Below are positions 1-9,431 of a stretch of DNA of 32,000 nucleotides, in pieces (positions within the stretch are counted from its first letter, which is position 1; each line of letters opens with the position of its first letter). The translations under genes and the position numbers were made by a program. Where the stretch lies: assembly GCF_900176285.1 (NCBI RefSeq), contig NZ_FWXF01000001.1, forward strand, positions 73,582-105,581, given 5' to 3'. The stretch comes from Desulfacinum hydrothermale DSM 13146. Its GTDB lineage: Bacteria; Desulfobacterota; Syntrophobacteria; Syntrophobacterales; DSM-9756. The notes beneath the pieces were generated by a model that had not been told where the DNA came from, searched no databases, and saw nothing but the letters and a program-made list of their open reading frames with translations.

Positions 1-322
1 GCCAACGATCCTGATGGGGGTAGCGGCCCATGGCCACCACCTCGGCGCAGGAATAGGGAAAACGCACCTGGGAGTCCTGGAGAACCACGGCCGTCTTTTG
101 GGCGCGTTGCCGGGAGGAAAGTTCCTCCAGCGGACGGCCGTCGATGGTGATGGTCCCGCTGTCGGGCCGAAGGTATCCGGTGAGGGCCAACAGCAGGGTG
201 GTCTTGCCCGATCCGTTGGGCCCCAGGATGCCCACGAACTCTCCCCTTTCCACGTGCAGGTTCACATCCCGCAGGACGGGCCGCCCGGGATAGCCGCAAT
301 GCAAATGGGACACGCGAATCAC
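1..322 (-). CDS. ABC transporter ATP-binding protein, FecE/BtuD-like (3' end runs off the window)
   Basis: Reverse-strand translation [49 protein letters not shown] contains Walker A; ends with GRYPHQDRW at the window edge; GTG start overlaps the permease stop by 4 nt. Confidence 0.9.
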   Translation of the reverse strand, partial: MIRVSHLHCGYPGRPVLRDVNLHVERGEFVGILGPNGSGKTTLLLALTGYLRPDSGTITIDGRPLEELSSRQRAQKTAVVLQDSQVRFPYSCAEVVAMGRYPHQDRW

Positions 323-1374
323 GCCAGAACCGCTTTCCTTTTGCTCAAAAGTAGATAACAGAAAAAGGGTGCCCCCAGGATGGCGGTCACCACGCCCAAG
401 GGGATTTCCTGGCCGCCGGGCAGGATGGACCGGGCCAGGGTGTCCGAAAGCAGAGTGAGAAGGGCCCCCGTTGCCAGGACGGCGGGCAAGAGCCGCCCGT
501 GTCGGGGCCCAAGCAGGAGCCGGACCAGGTGGGGGACCACCAGGCCCACGAATCCGATGACGCCGCTCACCGCCACGGCGGCGGCGGTGATCAAAGAGGC
601 GGCCGCCAGGAGGCGCAGCCGCACCTGCGATACGTCCACACCCATCTGATGGGCGGAAACGTCCCCCAGGGCCAGGAGATCCAGTTCCCTGACATAAAAG
701 AAGATGACACAAACACCTCCCACGAGATACGGCAGGATGATGAGCACGTGCTGCCAGCTTCTACCCGACAGGCTGCCCATGATCCAAAAGACGATGGTGG
801 AAAGGGAGTCTTCGTTGAGGCTCTTGAGAAGGCTGATCCAGGCGGAAAGGAAGGTGGAGACGATGATTCCCGCCAGCACCAGGGTGGCGGTTTGAACGCG
901 GCCGTCCATGCGCCCCAACAGCAGCACGAGTAGGAGGGCGCCCGCCGCTCCGGCGAAGGCCGCCACCGGAAGGGTTCCCAGGCCCGCCAGGTTCCAGGCC
1001 CCCCATCCACCCAGGATGGCCAAAGAGGCCCCAAAGGCCGCTCCCGAGGACACCCCGAGTGTGAAGGGATCGGCCAGCGGGTTGAGGAGCACCCCTTGGT
1101 AGACGGCGCCCGCCAGGGCCAAGGCCGCTCCCACCAGCAGGGCCAGGACGGCGCGGGCCAGGCGCACGTTCAAAACGATGTAACGGGCCGTTTGTTCGGC
1201 CTCCGTTGTGGGCCCGGAATGATAGGGATGGGAAAGAATCCTCAAGACCTGGGAGGCTTCCAGGTGGAAGGGGCCCACCGCGGTGCACAGGAGGGCGCAG
1301 GCGGGCACCAGGAGTCCCACCACAGTCCAGAAAAGGAAGAGCCGGTGTGGGACGGGACGCCGTGGGCGGCTCAT
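319..1374 (-). CDS. FecCD/BtuC-family ABC transporter permease, probably corrinoid or iron-siderophore uptake
   Basis: 351 aa with many TM segments and motifs [36 protein letters not shown] and [24 protein letters not shown]; coupled to ATPase and cbiL. Confidence 0.92.
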   Translation of the reverse strand: MSRPRRPVPHRLFLFWTVVGLLVPACALLCTAVGPFHLEASQVLRILSHPYHSGPTTEAEQTARYIVLNVRLARAVLALLVGAALALAGAVYQGVLLNPLADPFTLGVSSGAAFGASLAILGGWGAWNLAGLGTLPVAAFAGAAGALLLVLLLGRMDGRVQTATLVLAGIIVSTFLSAWISLLKSLNEDSLSTIVFWIMGSLSGRSWQHVLIILPYLVGGVCVIFFYVRELDLLALGDVSAHQMGVDVSQVRLRLLAAASLITAAAVAVSGVIGFVGLVVPHLVRLLLGPRHGRLLPAVLATGALLTLLSDTLARSILPGGQEIPLGVVTAILGAPFFCYLLLSKRKAVLA

Positions 1375-2087
1375 GTGTCCAGGCCCTGCCTTTTGAGGAT
1401 TAAGAGGGATAGGTAATGGGGGTTGAGTTCTGAGAGCTTCTCAAAATCCTTTTCCACCGTCTGCCCTTCCAGACCGCATCGGCTCACGAAGCAGCAGCGG
1501 TCCTCCAGGCCCATGGCCCGGATCTGCTCCAGGATCTGGGGAAATTTCTTGTAGGTCTTCATGAGCACCACATTGTCGGAAAAGGGGAGGACGTGACCCA
1601 GGGCCTCACCGCCCTTGGCTCCGGAAATGACCGTGAAGGTCTCTTCTGCTTCCGCCAGAGGGACTTGCGCGCAGGCCGCGGCTGCCTGATAGGCCGTGAT
1701 GCCGGGGATGGTGACCACGGGCACCTGGGGCAGGCGGCTGCGGACCTTGCGGAGCAGGTAGATGAAGGTGCTGAAGGTCATGGGATCCCCCAAGGTCACG
1801 AAAGCCACGTCATGGCCGGCTTCCAGCTTTTCCACCACGGTGAGGCAGTTGGCGTGCCAGGCCCGTTCCAGGTGGGTCTTGTCGAAGGTCATGGGGAAGT
1901 CCAGCAGATGGATGGAAGTGTCCGGGGGCACGTGCTCCCGGACGATCTCCAGGGCCAGGCTGTAGTCGTTCTTACTGGAAGACGCAGCGAAGAGATGGTG
2001 CACCTTCTGGAGGGCCTTGACGGCCTTGATGGTCAGAAGATCCGGGTCTCCGGGACCCACTCCGATGCCGTAAAGAGTTCCCAGCAT
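1371..2087 (-). CDS. cbiL: Precorrin-2 / cobalt-factor II C20-methyltransferase
   Basis: 238 aa tetrapyrrole methylase with GIGVGPGDPDLLTIKAVKAL, FVTLGDPMTFSTFIYL and VPGITAYQAAAA; 4 nt overlap with permease. Confidence 0.9.
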   Translation of the reverse strand: MLGTLYGIGVGPGDPDLLTIKAVKALQKVHHLFAASSSKNDYSLALEIVREHVPPDTSIHLLDFPMTFDKTHLERAWHANCLTVVEKLEAGHDVAFVTLGDPMTFSTFIYLLRKVRSRLPQVPVVTIPGITAYQAAAACAQVPLAEAEETFTVISGAKGGEALGHVLPFSDNVVLMKTYKKFPQILEQIRAMGLEDRCCFVSRCGLEGQTVEKDFEKLSELNPHYLSLLILKRQGLDT

Positions 2088-2254
2088 GTCCTTTTCCTTT
2101 CACCCATGGCGCCTTTGTCCCTTTCTGGGATCGCGCCTCCCCTGCTCGTGTCGGCCGGTCCGTGAACCGATGGTTGCGCGGGGTTTGGGCCCCGCAGCTG
2201 CCAATGAAGGGACAATCTATTGCCGTTTGCCGGCTCCGAGCTTTCTTGAAACGT

Positions 2255-2625
2255 CTTCCTAAAAAGCCGTCCGGAAATGCCCTACCGGCTTTTTTGTGGG
2301 TTCCTGACCGGTTGAAATGGCGCCGGCCCCGTGGTGCTTTTTGAATTCTCGGACCGCCTTGTAGGCGCCTATCACTTCCCCACGAAGGACGGGGAACTTT
2401 TAGGCCCCCATCATGCCCCTAAGAGCCCGTCCGGGACGCCCCGATGGCTCCCTTCTTGTGCGGACGGAAGGTTGGGGTAGCAACCGGGCCCGTGCTGCCG
2501 GCCTGCCCTTCGCCGGTAGGGGGCGAACCCAGCCCTGGAAGGCTCCCAAAGAGCCACAGGCACAGTGGGATTTCAACTAGTTAGAAACCTCCCGAAAGGC
2601 TGAAAGGCCATTGTCACACAGCCTC
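2255..2625. repeat. Intergenic repeat copy A (composite, with internal inverted arms)
   Basis: Right part ggctcccttcttgtgcggacggaaggttgggg...gggcccgtgctgccggcctgccc...cacagtgggatttcaactagttagaaa matches the reverse complement of copy C and plus strand of copy B; left arm cctgaccggttgaaatggcgccggccccgtggtgct matches copy C plus strand. Confidence 0.7.
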
Positions 2626-3294
2626 CTAGCTCGGTTCCTTCTGGGCCAACTCCAGGAGAGCATGCAGGATGGCCACGGCCACGGTGCTGCCTCCCTTTCT
2701 TCCCCGAACGGAGATGGAAGGGATCTGTTCCGCCTCCCACAGGGCGTCCTTGGCCGTGGCGGCCTGGACAAAACCCACGGGAACCCCGATCACCACGGCG
2801 GGCCGCACGTTTTCTTCCCGCCACAGCCGCAGGACCTCTTGAAGCGCCGTCGGGGCGTTGCCCACCGCCACGATGTTTCCCTGCAGCCGCTCCCCCATCT
2901 TGCGAAAGGCGGTCACGGAACGGGTCAGGCCCAGTTTTTCCGCCAAGAGGTGGGTTTCGGGGTCCGCGGCCGGAGTGAAGACCGAGTTGCCGAACCATTG
3001 GAGCCGCCAGGGGGAAAGACCCACCTGGATCATCCGCGTATCGGTGTAGATGGTGGCCCCGTTTCGCAAGGCCCGGGTGGCGGCGGAAACGGCTTCCGGA
3101 TGGATCCGGATGAGTTGGGCGTATTCGAAGTCGGCGGTGGTGTGGATCACTCTACGGATGATGGTCCAGACCTTGGGCTCGAAGGAGTGGGGGCCCATCT
3201 CCGCCTCGATGATGCGAAAGCTCTCTTCCTCGATGTTCCGGCCGGCCTCCACCAGGCCCGGTCGAAACCCCGTTCCGTTGCTTTCCGTATCCAT
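2626..3294 (-). CDS. cbiC: Precorrin-8X methylmutase / cobalt-precorrin-8 methylmutase
   Basis: From internal ATG: MDTESNGTGFRPGLVEAGRNIEEESFRIIEAEMG...VIRRVIHTTADFEYA...GATIYTDTRMI...VGVPVGFVQAATAKDAL, typical CobH/CbiC. The longer track ORF (to 3501) runs through the riboswitch and is not the likely start. Confidence 0.92.
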   Translation of the reverse strand: MDTESNGTGFRPGLVEAGRNIEEESFRIIEAEMGPHSFEPKVWTIIRRVIHTTADFEYAQLIRIHPEAVSAATRALRNGATIYTDTRMIQVGLSPWRLQWFGNSVFTPAADPETHLLAEKLGLTRSVTAFRKMGERLQGNIVAVGNAPTALQEVLRLWREENVRPAVVIGVPVGFVQAATAKDALWEAEQIPSISVRGRKGGSTVAVAILHALLELAQKEPS

Positions 3295-3447
3295 GTGCTT
3301 CCCCACTTTCAAAAAAAAAATCCTTGAAGCCTTGCGGCTCCAAGGATTGCACCCGTTTCTCTTCATCCCTTGCCGGCAGAGGGTCTGCGCATCGGCCGAA
3401 CCCTTCGCCGAAAAGGCACCGTTTCCCATCCGGTGTCCTTTTCCTCG

Positions 3448-3612
3448 GGCCTCAGGCAGGTCTTCTGGCTCACGGATCACTCTACTTGCCGCCCTTCCCA
3501 TCGCTCAAGTGTTGCGACAGTGGCTTTGCGGCGTTCGTCCCCGTTTACAGCGGCGGGACCGCGACGGATTCGCACCGTCTTCCCTTTTAAGCCCTTGCAG
3601 CGGGCACCTGAT
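3448..3612 (-). promoter_or_regulatory. Cobalamin (B12) riboswitch upstream of cbiC
   Basis: Reverse complement reads GGGAAGACGGTGCGAATCCGTCGCGGTCCCGCCGCTGTAAACGGGGACG...AAAGCCACTG...GATGGGAAGGCGG...GAGCCAGAAGACCTGCC, matching conserved core and B12-box sequence. Confidence 0.93.
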
Positions 3613-3826
3613 CCCGGCTCCTTGTCAAGGAACCACTCGCAGCTACTCTAGCCGATCCTGTTCTTTCGGTCAATGAAGGATCTCGGGGCGTGTGACGCGC
3701 CATGGACGGTCCAGCGACGGAAGCGCCGGGGTGGACAGGCGGAAGGCTTGGTGTCAGAATGCCTTTTCTTGGAAATCGATGGGCCGGGCCGTGGAATCGG
3801 GCGCCAAAGAGGGACATGGTGGGAAA

Positions 3827-5122
3827 ATGAGCGGTACGAGTGGGCAAAAGTCGAAGGGGCGTCGCCGACTTCGAATGGGTTTCAGTACCGGAACGGCCAT
3901 GACGGCGGCGGCAAAGGCCGCCACCCGCTGTCTCCTTTCCGGGGTGTCCCCCCGGTCCGTGGCGGTGCGCCTGCCGGTGGGCTACTACCTCCCCGTGGAT
4001 GTGGCCTGTTGTGCCGGACATGGCGACTGGGCGGAGGCGGTCGTCATCAAGGACGGCGGGGACGACCCCGACGTGACCCACAAGGCCCGTGTGTGCGTGC
4101 GCCTGTGGCTGGCACCCCCGCCCACCGGTCGTGGGACCGATCCAGCGGCTGTCGGATCGGACTGGATTCGCCTGACGGCGGGAGTGGGGGTGGGGCGGGT
4201 CACCAAGTCCGGGCTCCCCGTGGCCGCGGGCGAACCGGCCGTGAACCCGGTGCCGCGCCGGATGCTGGCCGAAAACTTGTTCGAGGAGTTGGAACGTGTG
4301 CCGGACCTGGCCGTGGAGCGGACCGTGGCGGGCGGCCCGGGGGAAGGACGGCCCGGGAAGGCGGCCGTCTGGTTGCCGGTCCCTGAGTCGGCTGTAAAGA
4401 ATCCTGTGGCTTCCATCCATGTGGAGGTTTCCGTGCCGCGGGGAGAAGAACTGGCTCGCCACACGCTCAACCCACGGTTGGGCGTCGTGGGCGGGATATC
4501 CATCCTGGGCACCACGGGCCTTGTCAAACCCTTCTCCCATCAGGCATACGAAGAGACGATCCAGGTGGCCCTGGACGTGGCCCGTGCCAACGGATGTGCC
4601 CAGGTGGTGTTCAGCACCGGCGGAAAGAGCGAGAAGCTGGCCCGTGCCCTCCTGAACGGACTTCCGGCGGAATCTTTCGTGCAGATTGCGGATTTCTTTT
4701 CTTTTGCCGTGAAAAGGGCCGTGGGGGCGGGATTTCGCTCCATCGTCCACAGTGTCTTTTTCGGCAAGGCGGTCAAGATGGCCCAGGGAAACCCCTACAC
4801 CCATGCCCACAAGGTGGCCTTGGATCTGAACACCGTGGCCCGGTGGGCGGCGGGCGAAGGGGTGCCCCATGAAGCCCTGGAGCGGATCCGCGGGGCCAAC
4901 ACGGCCCGTCATGCCCTGGAGATTCTGAAAGGGTTCTCCGGCCTGGAAGGGGCCCCGTTCCAGGACGCGTGCCAGCGGAACGTTTCCCCGGCTTACCGGG
5001 TGGTGCGCCGGATCGCCCAGGAGGCGGTTCGGCAGTCCAAGGCGATGGCCGGGCCGGAAGTGGCCGTTCGACTCCTTCTCTTTGACTTCGATGGAACGCT
5101 CCTAGCCGATGTGACGGCTTAG
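3827..5122 (+). CDS. cbiD: Cobalt-precorrin-5B (C1)-methyltransferase
   Basis: MGFSTGTAMTAAAKAATRCLLSG...VHVEVSVPRGEELARHTLNPRLGVVGGISILGTTGLVKPFSHQAYEETIQVALDVA...VFSTGGKSEKLA is characteristic of CbiD; start chosen at MSGTSGQ. Confidence 0.93.
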   Translation: MSGTSGQKSKGRRRLRMGFSTGTAMTAAAKAATRCLLSGVSPRSVAVRLPVGYYLPVDVACCAGHGDWAEAVVIKDGGDDPDVTHKARVCVRLWLAPPPTGRGTDPAAVGSDWIRLTAGVGVGRVTKSGLPVAAGEPAVNPVPRRMLAENLFEELERVPDLAVERTVAGGPGEGRPGKAAVWLPVPESAVKNPVASIHVEVSVPRGEELARHTLNPRLGVVGGISILGTTGLVKPFSHQAYEETIQVALDVARANGCAQVVFSTGGKSEKLARALLNGLPAESFVQIADFFSFAVKRAVGAGFRSIVHSVFFGKAVKMAQGNPYTHAHKVALDLNTVARWAAGEGVPHEALERIRGANTARHALEILKGFSGLEGAPFQDACQRNVSPAYRVVRRIAQEAVRQSKAMAGPEVAVRLLLFDFDGTLLADVTA

Positions 5123-5189
5123 GGCTTGGTTGAAAACGCCCGGTTGGCTTCCTTCTTCTGCTGAGGGAAGGTGGGGGCACCAGGCGGGC

Positions 5190-5345
5190 CTGGGCCGCCG
5201 GTCCGGCCTTGGGGCAGTGGGGCCCGTTCCGAACCCGCCCCCATGAGCCTGTCTGAGAGCGCAAAAAGAGCCACAGAGCACAGTGGGATTTCAACGGGGC
5301 AAAAATTCCAAAAGGCCCAAAGGCCATTGTGGAACAGCGTCCTGG
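5190..5345. repeat. Intergenic repeat copy B
   Basis: aaagagccacagagcacagtgggatttcaacggggcaaaaattcc...aaaggccattgtggaacagcg aligns with copy A aaagagccacaggcacagtgggatttcaactagttagaaacctcc...aaaggccattgtcacacagc. Confidence 0.7.
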
Positions 5346-5391
5346 TTGAGTGGAGGAACGGGTGGAGGAAAGCTGGAAGGACCGGGAGATC

Positions 5392-6639
5392 ATGGCGCGG
5401 GGGGGGTGGGAGCCACCCACCGTCGCCGTGATCGGCGTGGGCGCTCGGGCGGAGGAGTGCTCTCCGCAGGCCAGGGCCTTGATTGACCGGGCCCAGGTTC
5501 TGGTGGGGGGGACCCGGCTGCTGGAGCTCTTTGAAGAACACCCGGGTCGGAAAATCCCGATCCGGTCGCCTCTGGATGCGGTTTTGCAGCGGATCCAGGA
5601 GCTGAGCGAGACGCGACGCGTGGTCGTGCTGGCTTCGGGAGATCCCCTCTTTTTCGGGATCGGGCGCCGTCTGCTGGAACGTTTCGGACGAGACCGACTG
5701 TTCTTTGTTCCCGCCCCCACAGCGGTTCAGGCCCTGTGCGCCCGGCTGGGAACGCCCTGGGACGATGTGCGGGTGGTGAGCCTTCACGGCCGTGAGCCCA
5801 CCCGGGAATGGATGTGGCACCTTCGCATGGGCACACCGGTGGCCCTGCTCACAGACGCACGAAACACGCCGGCCTGGGCGGCGGAGCAATTGTGGGCCTC
5901 CGGCCTGGACGCGGCGCTGCTGTGGGTGGGAGAAGACTTGGGGCTGCCTTCGGAACGCATCGGCCGATTCACGGCCGCCGAGGCGGCCCGGCGCTCCTTT
6001 TCTCCCCTCAACGTGGTGTTGGTGCAACCCCAGGAGGTGGGATCCGCCGCCGGGGATGCCCCCCTCTTCGGCATTGCCGATGATGCCTTTTCCCACCAAC
6101 GGGGGCTCATCACCAAGCGGGAGGTGCGAGCCGTGGTCCTGGCCCTGTTGCAGCTCCGGCCGGGGCAGGTGCTCTGGGACCTGGGGGCCGGCAGCGGAGC
6201 CGTGTCCGTGGAAGCGGCCCGCCTGACGCCCCTCCGGTCCGTGTGGGCCGTGGAAAAGGTGCCGGAAAGGGCCGCCGTGATCCGGGAGAACGTGCGCCGT
6301 TTTCACTGCGGGGAGATCCAGGTGGTGGAAGGGGATGCCCTGGAACAGGTGGACCGGCTCCCCGATCCGGATCGGGTTTTTGTGGGTGGCGGCGGAGCCC
6401 ATTTGCCCGCCTTGTTGGAGAAGGTGCGGACCCAGGTGCGTCCCGGGGGAAGAATGGTGCTCACTTCGGTCACCTTCCAAAGCTTCGCCCGGGTGCAGGA
6501 TTTTTCCCGAGCCCATGGACTTTCCCTGGAAGCGGTTCAGATCCAGGTGAGCCGCGCCGTGCCCATCGGAGACACTTCCCGTTGGGAGGCGCTCAACCCG
6601 GTGACGGTATGCGCCATGGACTGTCCCGTGGCACCGTGA
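5392..6639 (+). CDS. Bifunctional cobalt-precorrin-7 C5-methyltransferase / precorrin-8 decarboxylating C15-methyltransferase (CbiE-CbiT fusion)
   Basis: N-terminal VAVIGVGARAEE...VVVLASGDPLFFGIGRRLLE (CbiE) and C-terminal ITKREVRAVVLALLQLRPGQVLWDLGAGSGAVSVEAA (CbiT). GTG at 5350 is an alternative start. Confidence 0.9.
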   Translation: MARGGWEPPTVAVIGVGARAEECSPQARALIDRAQVLVGGTRLLELFEEHPGRKIPIRSPLDAVLQRIQELSETRRVVVLASGDPLFFGIGRRLLERFGRDRLFFVPAPTAVQALCARLGTPWDDVRVVSLHGREPTREWMWHLRMGTPVALLTDARNTPAWAAEQLWASGLDAALLWVGEDLGLPSERIGRFTAAEAARRSFSPLNVVLVQPQEVGSAAGDAPLFGIADDAFSHQRGLITKREVRAVVLALLQLRPGQVLWDLGAGSGAVSVEAARLTPLRSVWAVEKVPERAAVIRENVRRFHCGEIQVVEGDALEQVDRLPDPDRVFVGGGGAHLPALLEKVRTQVRPGGRMVLTSVTFQSFARVQDFSRAHGLSLEAVQIQVSRAVPIGDTSRWEALNPVTVCAMDCPVAP

Positions 6640-6665
6640 CCCTGAAAAGAGATGGAGTGGCAAAG

Positions 6666-7454
6666 ATGGCCGACGACCCAAAAAGGCAAGACCCGCGGGT
6701 CTTCTTCGTGGGGGCGGGGCCCGGTGATCCGGAGCTCATCACCGTCAAAGGGCGGCGTCTTCTTCGGCGGGCGGATCGTGTGGTCTATGCGGGATCTCTC
6801 GTTCCCCGAGCCCTTTTGGATGAATGCAAGCCGGGAGCGGAGCTCTTCGACAGTGCCCCGCTGACCCTGGAGCGGACCCACGCCTTGCTCGTGGAGGCGG
6901 TGCGAGAGAACCGGATCGTGGTGCGCCTCCACACGGGGGATCCCGCCCTGTACGGGGCCATCCAGGAACAGATGAACCTGCTGGATCGGGAGGGGATCGC
7001 CTATGAGGTGGTTCCTGGGGTGTCCGCCGCCTTCGCCGCCGCGGCCCGCATCGGATGTCAGCTCACGTTGCCGGAAGTGTCCCAGACGGTGATCTTCACC
7101 CGGACCGCCGGGCGAACGCCCGTACCCGATCGGGAATCGCTCTCAAGTCTGGCGGCCCACGGCTCCACTATGGCCATCTACCTGAGTGTTTCCCAAATGG
7201 AAGCCGTGGTGGAGGCGTTGCGCGGAGCCTATCCGGAGGAGACGCCCGTGGTGGTGGTCTATCGGGTGGGCTGGCCCGATGAACGCATCCTTCAAGGAAC
7301 CCTGGCCCACATCGCCGCCAAGGTGCGCGAGGCGGGTATGGACCGGCAGGCGGTGATCCTGGTGGGGGAAGCGCTGAATCCCAAACGGTACGGGACCCGG
7401 TCCCGTCTCTACGACCAGTCGTTCAGCCATGGATTTCGATCCTCTCGCCCCTGA
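6666..7454 (+). CDS. cbiF: Precorrin-4 / cobalt-precorrin-4 C11-methyltransferase
   Basis: VFFVGAGPGDPELITVKGRRLLRRADRVVYAGSLV...LHTGDPALYGAIQEQMNLLDREGIAYEVVPGVSAAFAAAA; the track ORF from 6243 is over-extended upstream. Confidence 0.93.
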   Translation: MADDPKRQDPRVFFVGAGPGDPELITVKGRRLLRRADRVVYAGSLVPRALLDECKPGAELFDSAPLTLERTHALLVEAVRENRIVVRLHTGDPALYGAIQEQMNLLDREGIAYEVVPGVSAAFAAAARIGCQLTLPEVSQTVIFTRTAGRTPVPDRESLSSLAAHGSTMAIYLSVSQMEAVVEALRGAYPEETPVVVVYRVGWPDERILQGTLAHIAAKVREAGMDRQAVILVGEALNPKRYGTRSRLYDQSFSHGFRSSRP

Positions 7455-8577
7455 TCTTCCCCGCCCGGTGGCGGTGCTGGCGCTCACGGCCAACGGCACC
7501 TCGGTGGCCTTGCGCCTTGGCCGTGAGCTGGACGCCTGCACCGTCCACGTGCCTCGACGCCATGGCTTCGCCTTGGCCATGGGGGCTGAGCCTTTCGATC
7601 GGCTGCGGGAGCGGGTCGGCGTGCTCTGGAAAGGGCATGGCGCCCTGGTTTTCGTCATGGCCACGGGCATTGTGGTGCGTTGCATCGCCCCGCTTCTCCG
7701 CCACAAGAGCTGCGATCCGGCGGTGGTGGTGGTGGACGAGAAGGGCCGGTTCGTCATCAGTTTGCTTTCAGGGCATTTGGGCGGCGCCAACCGGCTGGCG
7801 TGCCGTATCGCCCAGGTCCTGGGGGGACAGGCCGTCATCACCACGGCCACGGACGTGGAAGGAAAGACGGCCGTGGATCTCATGGCCCGGGAAGCGGGCC
7901 TGGAAATCGAGGCGCTGGAGCACCTACCGCGGGTGACCCGGGCGGTCCTGGAAGACGAGCCCTTCTGGATCCTGGATCCGGACGGATGGCTCAACCGCTA
8001 TCGGGACCGATTCCCTCGGGCGGTGTGGGTGTCGGTGTCACGGGAGATCTTCACCTCGGGGAAAGGGCCGAGACAGGTCGGTCGGATCCTTTCCGATCGG
8101 TTGTCCGCCCTGGGCATGGACCCACGAGACACGCCCGGCATCTGGGTTGGGGAATGGCTGCCTCCCAGAGGGCTGTTGGCCCTCTGTTTGCGACCCCGGG
8201 TTCTTGCGGTGGGAATCGGGTGCAACCGGGGCACTCCGGCGGAAGAAATCCTGCAACTGGTCCGGGATGTGTTCCAGCAGCACCGGCTGTCGCTTCAAGC
8301 CATTCGAACACTGGCCAGTGGGGACCTCAAGGCCCATGAGCCGGGCCTTCTGGAATCGGCACGGGTCCTGGACCGGCCCATCCAATTCGTCCAACGTGCC
8401 GAATTGCAGACGGTGGAGGTGCCCAACCCGTCGCCTGCGGTCAAGGCGCACATAGGAGTGGAAAGCGTATGCGAAGCAGCGGCTCTTCAAACGGCCCGGA
8501 ACGGTCGGCTGATCGTTCCGAAGCACAAGACTCGAAACGTTACGGTGGCGGTGGCTCGGGACGCCTCACCGTGGTGA
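7429..8577 (+). CDS. cbiG: Cobalt-precorrin-5A hydrolase
   Basis: VFVMATGIVVRCIAPLLRHKSCDPAVVVVDEKGRFVISLLSGHLGGANRLACRIA plus C-terminal AVGIGCNRGTPAEEI, typical CbiG. Confidence 0.92.
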   Translation: MDFDPLAPDLPRPVAVLALTANGTSVALRLGRELDACTVHVPRRHGFALAMGAEPFDRLRERVGVLWKGHGALVFVMATGIVVRCIAPLLRHKSCDPAVVVVDEKGRFVISLLSGHLGGANRLACRIAQVLGGQAVITTATDVEGKTAVDLMAREAGLEIEALEHLPRVTRAVLEDEPFWILDPDGWLNRYRDRFPRAVWVSVSREIFTSGKGPRQVGRILSDRLSALGMDPRDTPGIWVGEWLPPRGLLALCLRPRVLAVGIGCNRGTPAEEILQLVRDVFQQHRLSLQAIRTLASGDLKAHEPGLLESARVLDRPIQFVQRAELQTVEVPNPSPAVKAHIGVESVCEAAALQTARNGRLIVPKHKTRNVTVAVARDASPW

Positions 8578-9350
8578 GCCTGGGGCCGGGGGATGCCCTC
8601 CACCTGACCCCTCGGGCCCGGCAGGCCTTGGAAGAGGCGGATGTGATCGTGGGCTACAAGACCTATGTGGATCTCATCCGCCCCCTTGTCCAGGGAAAGG
8701 AAGTGCGGGCTTCCGGGATGAAGCGGGAGATTGCCAGGTGCCGGGAGGCCATCGAGGCGGCGGAGGAAGGCCGGCGGGTGGCGCTGGTTTCCAGTGGCGA
8801 TGCGGGAATCTACGGCATGGCCGGTCTGGTCTTCGATGTGTGTCGGGCCAAAGGCCTGCCCGTGAGGACCTGGGAGGGAGCCGAAGGGGGGAAGGCTCAG
8901 GGCCTGCGTGTGGAGGTGGTCCCGGGGGTGGCTGCCTTCAATGCGGCCGCGGCCCTGCTCGGAGCTCCGCTCATGCACGATTTCGCCGCCGTGAGCCTGA
9001 GTGACCATCTGACCCCGTGGGAACGCATCGAAAGGCGCCTGGATGCGGCGGCCGGCGCCGATTTCGTCATCGCCGTCTACAATCCACGCAGCAAAAGCCG
9101 TCCCGATCTGCTGGAAAAGGCCCGTGGGATCCTGTTGCGTCATCGGAGCGCGGAGACGCCCGTGGGTGTGGTGCGACGGGCCATGCGGGAAGGCCAGCGC
9201 TGCTGGATCACCACCTTGGGCGGGCTGGATCCGGAGGAGGTGGATATGCAGACCGTGCTGCTGGTGGGAAACAGCCGCACCTACGTGTGGGAAGGGCACC
9301 TGGTGACCCCCCGGGGCTATCTGGATAAGTACGGCGAAGAGAATCTTTGA
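8574..9350 (+). CDS. cbiH: Precorrin-3B / cobalt-factor III C17-methyltransferase
   Basis: VVSLGPGDALHLTPRARQALEEADVIVGYKTYVDLI...ASGMKREIARC...VSSGDAGIYGMAGLV. Likely GTG start (8571 or 8574) gives a GTGA overlap with the cbiG TGA; ORF is open from 8469. Confidence 0.9.
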   Translation: MSLGPGDALHLTPRARQALEEADVIVGYKTYVDLIRPLVQGKEVRASGMKREIARCREAIEAAEEGRRVALVSSGDAGIYGMAGLVFDVCRAKGLPVRTWEGAEGGKAQGLRVEVVPGVAAFNAAAALLGAPLMHDFAAVSLSDHLTPWERIERRLDAAAGADFVIAVYNPRSKSRPDLLEKARGILLRHRSAETPVGVVRRAMREGQRCWITTLGGLDPEEVDMQTVLLVGNSRTYVWEGHLVTPRGYLDKYGEENL

Positions 9351-9431
9351 CTGGGGTTTCCGGGGTGGGTGCCCAACAATCGGGTGAACCTCGGCGCCGC
9401 GGCGGCGGACTGAGCCGCTCTCAGTCCAACC

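Noticed and set aside
3295-3501. 69-codon N-terminal extension of CbiC in the ORF track
   Set aside because: It translates the riboswitch B12-box region; the conserved protein starts at 3294.
5072-5122. CbiD ending in LLLFDFDGTLLADVTA, resembling a HAD motif I, suggesting a truncated HAD fusion
   Set aside because: CbiD C-termini commonly end in a similar hydrophobic LFD.(E/D)G segment, and no downstream HAD motifs are present, so it is probably the natural C-terminus.
8469-8573. Apparent 109-nt overlap of cbiG and cbiH
   Set aside because: A GTG start at 8571/8574 gives the common 4-nt coupled overlap and begins right before the conserved VVSLGPGD motif.
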